A DNA stretch of 36,724 nucleotides, the filler included, from an uncultured virus (IMG/VR IMGVR_UViG_2061766007_000472) (taxonomy: Duplodnaviria; Heunggongvirae; Uroviricota; Caudoviricetes). It is 2 parts of one record of this genome, joined end to end, with 100 filler letters (N's around TTAATTAATTAA, not from the genome) between each part and the next. Parts side by side here need not be neighbours in the genome. Positions count along the whole stretch, not along the records: positions 1 to 31,618 come from IMGVR_UViG_2061766007_000472; positions 31,719 to 36,724 come from IMGVR_UViG_2061766007_000472. One strand, written 5' to 3'. Positions 24,879 through 34,776 of the stretch are shown in pieces. The position numbers and the translations under genes are program-made. The stretch's first letter is position 1, and each line of letters begins with the position of its first letter. The notes under the pieces are model-generated. The model saw only the letters and a program-made list of their open reading frames with translations, did not search any database and was not told where the DNA came from.

Positions 24879-27680
24879 CCNNNNNNNNNNNNNNNNNNNN
24901 NNNNNNNNNNNNNNNNNNNNNNNNNNNNNNNNNNNNNNNCCTGTACATCTACCTTGCCTCTTTGAGGTCTGAAATTAACCTGTTCCTTACTTCCTCTTCC
25001 ATGTTCTAATAGTTGTTTATTTCTTCTATGATAGAGTCTATGGTCTGCTCTAATGATTCTTTTTCTTCGTCCATACCTTTATATCGACGATTCTCAAGTG
25101 CTCCTATGGCATATCCTTGAATTTCTAGTTCGGTGTTTGAAGAAAAATCTGAGTCTATCAACACGGCTTCTCCGACCTTTACTTCTATATCATGTGCAAG
25201 AGTGGATGGGACTTCCTTTTGTTTTCCAGAAAGCAAATCTCCATATTTCTACGACAACGGTGCGGAAAACCAAGAAGGAACTCCACTGATTGCACTCTAT
25301 CCATTCGAAGAACCTTCTTTTGTGTTTTCTGTTCTACCGACATTAGAACTTTGGACTGTATTCTAAGTTCCAGTTATATGGGGATTTGGAGCCGAATTAT
25401 TGTTTCTTTCCTATTTTGATTCTGAATTAGAAATGAAACTACTTGGAATAATAAACATATTTGCGTTGAAAGAATTGTGTTGTGTTGATGGTGTTTCAAC
25501 TTTTATTTCTGGAATTTTAAAGCCTTCTCCCGTTTGTCCAGATATAAAATCGTCTATTTTTTCTGCTTTATTAATATTAGTGTGTCTTTTATCTCTAAAA
25601 TAATCTATAAATCCTTTACAACTTTTAAGTCTTTCATTGAGTACTTTCCTTAGAACTTCTATTCTGTCTGTATCAGAAAGCTAATCAAACGAACTTTTTC
25701 CGTATTCATGTATTATCTTTTTAAATAATCTTCTATAATACCCATTTCCTAATATATCAGTATTACTTTCTATTACATCTTTAATTGTTTCTGCGTCTGG
25801 AGAAATACCAGAACTCTCAAATGAATCAAGCATAATGTAACACTAGTTTATCTAATTTACATCTTCCCTAATTTTTTCTAATACACCATTAGTCTTTAAT
25901 AATGCATTATGCCTAGTTTCATCATCAATTATATTTGAAAATTCATCCAATAGTGTATCTCTTGTCGAATCAATTATTGCATCTATGCCATACTAAAAAT
26001 CTTCTTCTGTACCTCCGTTTGAACCTCGATATGTAGCACCTTTTCCATCATGAGGTTCAAATAATTCATTTAAAATCTTACCGCTAGAAACGGCTAAAGC
26101 TGGAATTATTCCAAGTACTCCTGCTCCACTTAAAAGACCGTGTAAAAGGGGACTGAAACTATTTAGTTTCTAACTAAAATTTCTCATCGTGCCTACAAGG
26201 ATTGTTGCCACTCTAAAAGCCTTCGAAATTCCATTTATCCAATCAATAGGAATAGTACTTCCATGCCATGTAGCTAGATTTAATAAAACACGTTGTGCAA
26301 AACCAGCATTCTGACGCGGAGTAAACAGAACAAACATTGCAAAACGGATAAAATCTTTTATTTTTCCGAAGAAATCAACTGTCATTTCTACGATTCCATT
26401 TACAAAATCTGTTATTTCTCCGATAACTTCCATGAATGGCTGTGAATACTTGCTTATGACTCCCTATAAGGACAGATATATCGAACCAGCTATTCCTCCT
26501 ATGAGAATACCCAAAAATTCTGCACTTCCTGGATTTGACATCGCCNNNNNNNNNNNNNNNNNNNNNNNNNNNNNNNNNNNNNNNNNNNNNNNNNNNTCTG
26601 TATCGGATGCAGAATCGTGTTGACGACCCCTTTCAGGACCTTTCCTACTGGTGAGAATATGCTAGAGAGAATCTTGAACGGAAAAAGCATGAACCTCATT
26701 ATGGCGGAACCGAACTTGTCTATCCCAGACTTGACTTTCTTTGAGCCCTTCTCGACCTGTTTCATCCTCTTCTTGGAATTCTTCTCGTCGAGTTTGTTTA
26801 TCTCCATGAACATGGACATGGACATGACATGCGCCATCTTCATTGAGTTGATTGAGTTACCAGCTACCCCAGAAGACTTGTTCTTGAACAAAATGGAGCC
26901 ATTTCCGTTGATTGTTCCAGATGCCTGTTTCATCCTTACAAGACCTATCGGACTTCTGTCGAACGATTTCTGAATCTTCTGGGCTATGTCTTTCTTGTTT
27001 TGGGATACTTTAAGTTGTCCGTATCCGTCTACGGGAGGTTTTTTGGATTCTAATGTGTCCTTACGCTTTGGAGATTCGCCTTTTTCCTTGCTCCGAGTAG
27101 ACGTTTTTGTCTTTTTCTTTGTCGTTTGCTCTTTTTTGCTAAAGAAATCCCTTACCTTCTCGACGATTTCAGAACCGAAATCATCGGACTTCGAAGAGGA
27201 TTCCTGTTGTTTTCCATTTAACTCCTGTTTTTTCTGTTTTTTTGCCTTGTCTACGAACTTCTGGACTTCCTTTGATATTTCGTCCTTTATGTTCTCGTAT
27301 GCCTTCTCGTCTCCAATCTTGTCTTCGAGGAAAGTCTTTATTTCATGAAGAATGGACTCCTTCATCTTCAAGACTGTTGGTTCCGTTGACTGGTATACGT
27401 CTTCTTGCGACAGTTCGAGATATTTTCCAAGCACCTGCTGTATGAGCTTCAGAAGGTCCTAGAACTCAACCATGTCGTAAACGGCCTAGTTATGGTCTTC
27501 GTCATCTGTTGTTGTCTTCAGGTCGTCTTGGAGTAGATTGAAGATTGTACCCATTACAGTCTTTACGGAATCTCCTTCGGACGGGATTCCGTACTTCAGC
27601 CAATACTGCTCAAAGGCCCCCCTCAGCCTAAGAGCTTTTTTGTACTGGTTTCTGTATATGTTGTTGACTGTATTGGCCAT
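24808..27680 (-). CDS. Tape-measure-like protein, part 1 (~950 aa)
   Basis: ATG at 27680. ORFs 27486..27680, 26499..27434, 26170..26433 and 25006..25236 are linked by TAGs and one gap. Contains amphipathic repeats (FGSAIMRFMLFPFKILSSIFSPVGKVLKGVV). Directly follows the chaperone pair. The TGA at 24808 is in frame only if gap 24881-24939 has the correct length. Confidence 0.55.
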
Positions 27681-27687
27681 TTCTCTC

Positions 27688-27921
27688 TCAGTTGTTGGAC
27701 GTCTGGTCGAATGTCATGTAGTTAAGGGTGTCCCTTATGTTTATTAGGCACTTCGCCATCTTGTCCTGCGTCCTGTTCTTCTGCTCCTCCTGGAGCCTGT
27801 TTGTCAGGTTGTCCACGTAGAACAGTAGGTCGTTCAACGTAAGGTTCCCGAACATCTAGAACGGGTCCATCTTGTACCTCATCCAAATCATCATCTCCAC
27901 GTTGATTATGTTGATGTACAT
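27688..27921 (-). CDS. Small chaperone-associated ORF, probably the -1 frameshift extension of the upstream gene
   Basis: MYINIINVEMMIWMRYKMDPF*MFGNLTLNDLLFYVDNLTNRLQEEQK..., with one TAG at 27856-27858, ending TGA. The frame is open back to the slippery site at 27948-27954 and has no obvious RBS of its own. Confidence 0.7.
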
Positions 27922-27944
27922 ATACTTGTCAATCGACCTGACTA

Positions 27945-28820
27945 TCAGAAAAAATCCGATAGGCTCCCGACTCCCTCGGTAGTCTCTGCTCCGCAGTGCG
28001 CGCACTTCTCGTACTGGAATATTCCGTTCAGCCTTTCCACGAAATTCTTCGTTATGTAGCTTATGACTCCTTCGTTCTCGGAGAACACGACGTTTTGCGG
28101 AAACACCTCTATGAGGTTCTCGATTTCGCCGTATGTCATGAGCGTGAGGTCAGCTGTAATCCTGTCGTTTGGGTCGGACTTCTCTATGACCTCTATCTGC
28201 TTTATGTACAGGTTTACGTACTCGACGTTTCCGAAATTGTCGAGGACTTCCTTCTCCACCTTGTTGAGTCCCTTGTACTTCTTCATGTAGTACCTGTAGA
28301 AGTTGGAAACCGTCCTTACGAGAGGGTAGTTAATCGTGAACTTGTATATGCGCAGGTCGTCTTCTACGGTGAAGATGTCGTCGCTGAGGTCGAAATCGTT
28401 GAATTTCTGTATAATCTTTGAGAAATCTAGCTTGTACGCGTTCTCCGCTCCGCACTCGCGGCACTTGTAAGTGATGTCGTTCTTGAAGTAGTTCGCCTGG
28501 TAGATTTCCATGAGAATTCTTATCCTGTCGAACTCGGTGAGCTTGTATACGTCGAACCCGTCTTCGAGCGCGAGCTTGTTTATGAGGTTGCACTGTGCGT
28601 CGTATATGATGTCTTTCCTCGTCTCGTTCTCGATTGAGGTCTTGGATAGGGTTTTCTGCTCGTTTACCGTCACTTCCCTGAACCCCACTTCGTGCCCGAG
28701 GCTGTTCACCATTATCCGCCTAACGGTGGTGGAGAACTTTTTCTTGAACGCGTTAAGTATGTCAGCGCCAGGGTTCTTAGGCGCTGATTTTTCGACTATT
28801 GTGTTTTCTTCTGTTTTCAT
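27945..28820 (-). CDS. Baseplate hub assembly / tail chaperone, T4 gp26/gp51 family
   Basis: Intact 291-aa ORF with a CAGGAG RBS, FREVTVNEQKTL motif, two CxxC motifs (CRECG, CAHCG) and a C-terminal GSLSDFF typical of this family. Confidence 0.75.
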   Translation of the reverse strand: MKTEENTIVEKSAPKNPGADILNAFKKKFSTTVRRIMVNSLGHEVGFREVTVNEQKTLSKTSIENETRKDIIYDAQCNLINKLALEDGFDVYKLTEFDRIRILMEIYQANYFKNDITYKCRECGAENAYKLDFSKIIQKFNDFDLSDDIFTVEDDLRIYKFTINYPLVRTVSNFYRYYMKKYKGLNKVEKEVLDNFGNVEYVNLYIKQIEVIEKSDPNDRITADLTLMTYGEIENLIEVFPQNVVFSENEGVISYITKNFVERLNGIFQYEKCAHCGAETTEGVGSLSDFF

Positions 28821-28853
28821 AATACTCCTGTACTTTTTACTTTCGTACAGAGG

Positions 28854-28860
28854 TATTTAC
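28854..28860 (-). promoter_or_regulatory. Putative late promoter GTAAATA
   Basis: Intergenic copy upstream of ATG 28820. Confidence 0.6.
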
Positions 28861-28869
28861 ACCGAAAAA

Positions 28870-30058
28870 TCACATCCTGAGGGTATTCGCCGCTGAGAAC
28901 AACGCGGAGTTCGCGAGACCAGATTTGCTGGTTCCGTCGCTTGGGCCGCTTCCGAGCTTCGTCTTCTTGAACGGGGCTGGAATCTTGTATACGGTGTCCT
29001 TTCCTCTGCTTTCAACAGTCATCAGGTCGAACGCGAAAGTCACGTTCCTGGTAAGTCCCTGGGATGGGGATTGGTCTGGCTGTATCATCTGAATCTGGAT
29101 TGGCCTGCATCCGTAGAAAACGTACTTGACGCTTGAATGGAAAAAGTCTATCGTTATAGTTGCGGTCGTGAACGGCTAGGTTTCATAAGACCACCTTGGA
29201 AGTGTGGTTTCCCTCATCCACGGATAGAAAATCTCCTCGAGAATGGGATTCTTGACGTTTACTATCTCCATGTTGAGATTGTTGTTGTCGGCCCCCAATA
29301 TGTTTCCTGGAATCGGGAACTTGCCCATCGGAGTCGTAGTCTCCTCCGTTCCCTGAACTGACATGTTCGGTATCAGGATTTTCTGTATGAATATTCCGAG
29401 GTCAAGCTTCTTATTANNNNNNNNNNNNNNNNNNNNNNNNNNNNNNNNNNNNNNNNNNNNNNNNNNNNNNNNNNNNNNNNNNNNNNNNNNNNNNNNNNNN
29501 NNNNNNTTTTTCTTCATCCTATGTCAGCATGTTCTTGAATTTTATCAAATTCAAGAGCTTTGCTAGTATCGAGTCTCCTTTAGTCTCAAATCCAGAACTG
29601 ACATCTTTTCCTTTATAAAGTTTGTCATCTTTCTTTAAGTAATACACTTGTTTTATATATTCTGTTTCAACAGACGGAAAAAACTCGAAATAGCAGTCGA
29701 ACGTCACAAGTGGGTCAATCATATCAACAAAATCCGCGTTATCTGACCCACGTGCTGAGAACTTTCCGTAGAATTCCTGCAATCTGGAAAAATACTGTGT
29801 TTCGTTGGTCCTCTTGTATCTTGTCTTCGAACTTCCAGTGAGCGCCTTCGCGAGTCCAGTTGCCCCTAGAGCCCCAGCCGCCTTTGCGACTATCCTTCCT
29901 CCTCCGACTATCGTTCCAGCTACGTTTTTCTGGATTCCAGATACGGAGTCCATCATCCCGTTCAGCTTGCCAGGTTTGTCGTTTCCGTGGTTGAACGCCT
30001 TTGATGTCTTTCCTTCGACCTTCTTGTTCGCGCTCGCCAATGTGTTTTCAATAGCCAT
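28870..30058 (-). CDS. Tail-tube-fold protein with an N-terminal extension (gp19/gp54 superfamily)
   Basis: ORFs 29519..30058, 29176..29517 and 28870..29088 are linked by TAGs and a gap. FIQKILIPN...IFYPWM...YVFYGCRPIQI...RNVTFAFD follows the tube-fold pattern. Confidence 0.6.
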
Positions 30059-30061
30059 ACG

Positions 30062-30694
30062 TCATCTTCCGAGAATGTTGCTCATCTTGTTGCTAATCTT
30101 GTCTACCTTGCCCAATAATCCGTCCTTCGTCTTTATGCTTCCGCGCTCGAAGTCCGTGAACTTTGCATAGGCGTCAACAGTGAACGTCTGGACTGTAGAG
30201 TCCGTGTGTGAGAAGTCAAGCCCGCTTATTCCAGTAATCCTTACGCCTTCCATTATTATGTTCATTCCAGGATAGTTCTGGCCGTCGCCCCTCTGCTTTA
30301 TCTTTATCTTGAAACCGTTGTCGAGGAATCCGAACACTCCATAGTCCAGAACCATGAGCTCCCTGAGCTTTCTGTATGTCTTTCCAGCCCCGTCGTTGAT
30401 TACCACCATCTGGAACTCGTGCTGCTGTTCGGCCCTTACTGGAACTTGGACCTCAAGGCCGTGGTAGAAAAGACTGTAGTTCTCTGATTTCAGGCCAGGT
30501 ATGTTCACGCTTTGGCAGAAGAACTGGAATCCTCCCATCTTGTAGAAAAGAACCTCGAAATTCGACTTTATCTGGACTCCAGCACCAGAGATTACGTGCA
30601 TGAACTCGTACAAAGACGAATCGGAGGACTTCCCCTTGTCGGACTTCCTCGAACTGATGTTCGCAACTGAATTTACTATCGCACCTAGACTCAT
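30062..30694 (-). CDS. Tail tube paralog / tube initiator (gp19/gp54-like)
   Basis: Intact ORF. SNFEVLF, FFCQSVNIPG, VVIND and LDFSHTDSTVQTFTV match gp19-family motifs. GAGG RBS before ATG 30694. Confidence 0.7.
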   Translation of the reverse strand: MSLGAIVNSVANISSRKSDKGKSSDSSLYEFMHVISGAGVQIKSNFEVLFYKMGGFQFFCQSVNIPGLKSENYSLFYHGLEVQVPVRAEQQHEFQMVVINDGAGKTYRKLRELMVLDYGVFGFLDNGFKIKIKQRGDGQNYPGMNIIMEGVRITGISGLDFSHTDSTVQTFTVDAYAKFTDFERGSIKTKDGLLGKVDKISNKMSNILGR

Positions 30695-30709
30695 CAAAAA
30701 CCTCGTGGA

Positions 30710-30716
30710 TATTTAC
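30710..30716 (-). promoter_or_regulatory. Putative late promoter GTAAATA immediately after the terminator
   Basis: Intergenic copy of the recurrent motif. Confidence 0.6.
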
Positions 30717-30717
30717 C

Positions 30718-30747
30718 AAACAAAAACGGCGGACTAGCCGCCGTTTT
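30718..30747 (-). terminator. Rho-independent terminator after the major tail tube gene
   Basis: Perfect 10-bp inverted repeat AAAACGGCGG-n5-CCGCCGTTTT, ending in TTTTTGTTT on the minus strand. Confidence 0.85.
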
Positions 30748-30772
30748 CTTCAGTTGACTGTTATGACTGAAA

Positions 30773-31342
30773 TCATTTCTGTCCTACTAGCGCTCCGTTT
30801 GCGGAGTTTTCGATTTGCCAGTAAATGGATTTGAGCTAGACCTCAAATGTCGCGACGGATGCGTCGCTGTTGCTCATCTGGAGTGGTCCGACCGATGCAA
30901 CCTTGACTCCGATTAGCTTGTAAACCTCAGCGACGCTGGACATGTCGTTGTCAAGAAGCTGGAGACGGACAACCGAGCTGTTGTTAAGACGCCTGTCACC
31001 AGCAAATACGGAACCTCCCTCGATGTCTGGGTCCGCCACCTTTGCCGCCCATGCAAGGAATCCACGGCGAATCTCTCCGTTCGTGTCAGCTCTGACAGTT
31101 ATCGTATGGTCCTGTTCCATCTTCATCACGGTAGGCACTGGGACCATGAATCCCTTGAATCCCACGTCTGCGTATTCCTACGTCCTGTTCGGCGCGGCGA
31201 ATCCGTCGACGTACATAGTGATTCCCTGGAAAATCTAGTCTATTTCGGAATAACCAGTCGTAATGGTCATTTCGTACATGTTCGTCGTACGAAGCTGGTT
31301 CGTAGACATCTTGTTCAGAAACTGGTTGAGAGCTATAGCCAT
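30773..31342 (-). CDS. gp19: Major tail tube protein, T4 gp19-like (189 aa)
   Basis: ATG at 31342 with an AAGGA RBS. LRTTNMYEM...HTITVRAD...IRRGFLAW...VGPLQM...ATFEV*LKSIYW aligns with gp19 motifs. Three in-frame TAGs (31235, 31178, 30836). Ends TGA before the terminator. Confidence 0.85.
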
Positions 31343-31369
31343 CTTTTTGTCCTTGTTGGTTCTTTGTCT

Positions 31370-31618
31370 TTATTTACTAAAAACCATGTAATTTTGTTTC
31401 AGTATGTTCCTTAATAGGGATAATCCAGATAATCTTTCATCTTTTATATCTTCGAGAGATTTTATGTTAACTTCAAGCTGCTCTGGATGTTTTGTAAGTT
31501 CCAATGCTGTTCTTTCTATTCCAGAATAACACATGAAGGCTGGGGTGTTTTTCCATTCAACGCCAAAAGACGGAACGTTCTCGTCAAATAGTTCTCTTCC
31601 GACATCGACATTGAACAT
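31370..31618 (-). CDS. Hypothetical protein, probably 5'-truncated at the contig edge
   Basis: Open frame from the spacer edge to TAA at 31370. AT-rich, no recognisable motif. Confidence 0.5.
   Translation of the reverse strand: MFNVDVGRELFDENVPSFGVEWKNTPAFMCYSGIERTALELTKHPEQLEVNIKSLEDIKDERLSGLSLLRNILKQNYMVFSK
31371..31377 (-). promoter_or_regulatory. Putative late promoter GTAAATA upstream of the tail tube gene
   Basis: Overlaps the stop codon of the upstream ORF, about 30 nt before ATG 31342. Confidence 0.6.
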
Positions 31619-31718
31619 NNNNNNNNNNNNNNNNNNNNNNNNNNNNNNNNNNNNNNNNNNNNTTAATTAATTAANNNNNNNNNNNNNNNNNNNNNNNNNN
31701 NNNNNNNNNNNNNNNNNN
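31619..31718. other. Artificial 100-bp contig-joining spacer (44 N + TTAATTAATTAA + 44 N)
   Basis: Symmetric N runs around a palindrome that gives TAA stops in all six frames, totalling exactly 100 bp. Confidence 0.9.
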
Positions 31719-34715
31719 CTTTCGTCACATATAATCTTATAGTCGTACAGACCTCCGCCAATCTTGGCTTCCTTGAAGTACGGGTCGAGCAGGTCGACTA
31801 CGCGCTGGCGCATATAGGCCGTGTTGCCCTCGTACACCACATAGCGGAGGACCTTGTAGGTCGCACGCTCGAGGCGGAGAAGGAGACGGCGGACGTTTAC
31901 GCGGTCAAGTGCCGAAGGCTTCGTCTGGAGGGTCTTCTGNNNNNNNNNNNNCTGAGGGTAGTTGATTGCGTAGTTCCAGTTCTTCGTGTAAATCTGACCA
32001 GCCTGCTTGTTTGTCGGACTGAACGCCACGTCGAGGGCTGCGACGATTCCACGGTTAAGTCCAGCTGGTGCGTCCCAGTACTCGAAGTTGAGGTCGGTGT
32101 AGATGTACACGCCGCAAGCCTTGATGGAAGGCGGGCACCAGAAGTAGTCTCCGCTGAACTCGTCTGCAACCTGGAACCAGTCGCAGTATCCAGCGCCGTA
32201 GGAGGTGTTGATTCCCGTGAGGTACTTCGTGTAGGGAAGAATCTCCGAGTCAATCGTGTTCTTCGGCTTGGAAGGACGGACAATCTTCTTCTGTCCCTGG
32301 AGACAGTATGGACGAGGTCCGTCAGCGATGAACATGCAGTCCTTGCGGATATTCTTGCAGAAGTTGTCGTACTTCAACACGACCGTTTTCCACATCTTTA
32401 CGTCGTTGTCCTTCTTGCACTTCCACATCGCCGCGTCTGGAGAGGCTGGGTCGTAGAATCCCTTCTTTCCGTAGACTGTCTTGATGAACTGGGCGATATT
32501 GGAGATACCTCCGTCGACAACGATGTCGATATCGCGCTCGTTGATGTCTGTCACCTTGTCGTATACCGTGTCGAGTGCCTTGAGAATAGATTCGGAGATG
32601 TCGATATCCTCTTCGCACTGTCCCTCATAGAATCCCATGGATGCTACGTATGCCGTGTCGTGTGGCATTACGAGAATGTCAACGTCTTCCTTGTATGTCC
32701 TCTTGAGCGCGTCAGTAGGAATGCAGTTTGTGAAGATGTTCACGTACTCGGACTGCTCGTTTACAATAGTGTCTATGAACGTAGTGGCTCCAGTGTTCGG
32801 GTTCTTCTCGTCTCGGTCGAGCGAGCCGACGAAGGNNNNNNNNNNNNNNNNNNNNNNNNNNNNTCGCTTGCGTCGAGGAAGGACTTCACGACCACAAGGC
32901 CGATTTTCTTCATGTTCTCGCGGTCGAAGCTTCCGTCTCCCTGGAGGGAGATACTTGAGAAGTAGTTGTTCGCTTGTAGTGCGAGGGAATCGAAGAAGTC
33001 GTCGTCGTTGTCCTCTTCAGTGTGTACGTTGTTGAAGCGCTGAGAGATTACCGCGACTGTCGAGAGCTCTCCTTCAAGCATCGTGTTGTGGGTATCGTAG
33101 TCTTTTCCTAGATATGTGTATTTCTGCGTGCTTGAATCGAGCGTCTGGATGTTCTTTATTGTCTCGTAGTCTGTGACGTAGTCTTTTCCAACGTCAATCA
33201 TGGACTGTGCGTAAAGGGCGTTTGCAGCCGTCGTAACAATCGGAATGACTCCGATTAGTTCGCGACCGTCGTTCTTGTGGAACTTGTCCTCTGGGACCTT
33301 TCCGTATGTCTTCCTGGTCTTGTCGACTATTAGAATCTGGTTTGTTGCGACCCTGGACTCGTCCGTCCTGTACTCGTCAATCTAAGACATTTCATAGAGT
33401 GCTGGGGAGCTAGATGATTCTATCTGCCAGTATTTGTCAATCGTATTGTCGGACTGCCTGATTTCGGACCAGGCGAGGTCCGCGTTCACGTTGTCTATTA
33501 TGGCGTCATTGATTGCATCTGAATTCTGTGATTTCTCCTCGAAGTAATCAATTGCGTCTTCAAGTGTTGTCCCCTTGACAAGGTTGAAATCTCCGTTGTT
33601 CACCAGCGCAGTGAGATATGCGAACCTTTCTTGGTTATCAAAATTTGACGAGCCTTCGAGAACCTGGAACGCATCGAATCCGTCTGCTTTCCTGAGAATC
33701 AAATTTCCGTTAATTGCCTGTTCGTACTAAATTATTCCAGGTTCATCTGTCTTGAACATGACGTAAATGTCGTCTGAAATAACATTTGGTGTTTCGGAAT
33801 CCCATGCGACAAGACCCTCTATCTTGTTTATGGAGAACGGAACCGAATCTGGACCAGCTCTTAGAAGAAGTGGATTGTAGCTCGACGTGAACGTGTTCCT
33901 TGCCGTCAATATTGAATAATGTGCATCAGATGAACATGCTATTACAACGCTAATGTCCTGTTGATAATCAACCTGCGCCGTAACGTCATTTTCATCGAAA
34001 TTTTCAGTTGTTATCTTGGTATCCAAGAAGTAAAACGCATTGAGACGGGGATTAACGCCAAGCGTATTTCCGCTTAGTTCATTTATATACGAAGTCAACT
34101 GGGATTTTGACATAGATGAANNNNNNNNNNNNNNNNNNNNNNNNNNNNNNNNNNNNNNNNNNNNNNNNNNNNNNNNNCGTCGCTTCTGTCAACATTGTTT
34201 ACAGAATCATTAAGTACATTGAGATTCGTGCTTGACAAGTTTATAAAATTATTGAGGTCTTCCTTGTCGGTTGCGTCTCCAACATTGCAGTTTGCCATGA
34301 AGAATCTCAGAACGTCGTCGCAATAGGAATCTGAATTCTTAAGAACCGATTTAAGCTGAGAATACTTGCTGCCATTGAGAAGTTCACTTACGGTCNNNNN
34401 NNNNNNNNNNNNNNNNNNNNNNNNNNNNNNNNNNNNNNNNNNNNNNNNNNNNNNNNNNNNNNNNNNNNNNNCGACCCCGTTCTGGTTAAGCACTTCCATT
34501 GAGGCTGCGTAGAAATACCTCTCGGCCTCGTTGTCTGGCTCCCCGTAGTAGTTGAGCCATGCGCTCTTGGAGGTGAAAATCATCGGAATATAGTCTTCAC
34601 CAGAATTGGCGAAGCCAGTTACAAGCACCTTGGTGCCAGTCATAGCTGGAGAATACTGGGACTTGTCAATCTCGTGTATCTCGATTCCAGGCGCGTCTAT
34701 CGTTCTTATGGCCAT
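31719..34715 (-). CDS. gp18: Tail sheath protein B (T4 gp18-like, >1000 aa; C-terminus truncated by the contig break)
   Basis: N-terminus MAIRTIDAPGIEIHEIDKS...YYGEP. C-terminal WCPPS, WDAPAGLNRG and KTLQTKPSALDRVNVRRLLL are sheath signatures. Fragments are joined by TAGs (33727, 33382) and N gaps. AAGGA RBS. Confidence 0.9.
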
Positions 34716-34755
34716 GTTTGGTTATCCTTTTGTCAAAATCCTTAGGTCTTTCTCT

Positions 34756-34762
34756 TATTTAC
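34756..34762 (-). promoter_or_regulatory. Putative late promoter GTAAATA between the two sheath genes
   Basis: Intergenic copy of the recurrent motif. Confidence 0.6.
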
Positions 34763-34776
34763 ATAGAAACGTCGGT

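Noticed and set aside
1796..34176. Apparent frameshifts in gp25, gp6, gp53-like, sheath B, tape measure and the giant gene
   Set aside because: Each coincides with an N run whose length is evidently an estimate, so these are assembly artefacts rather than programmed events.
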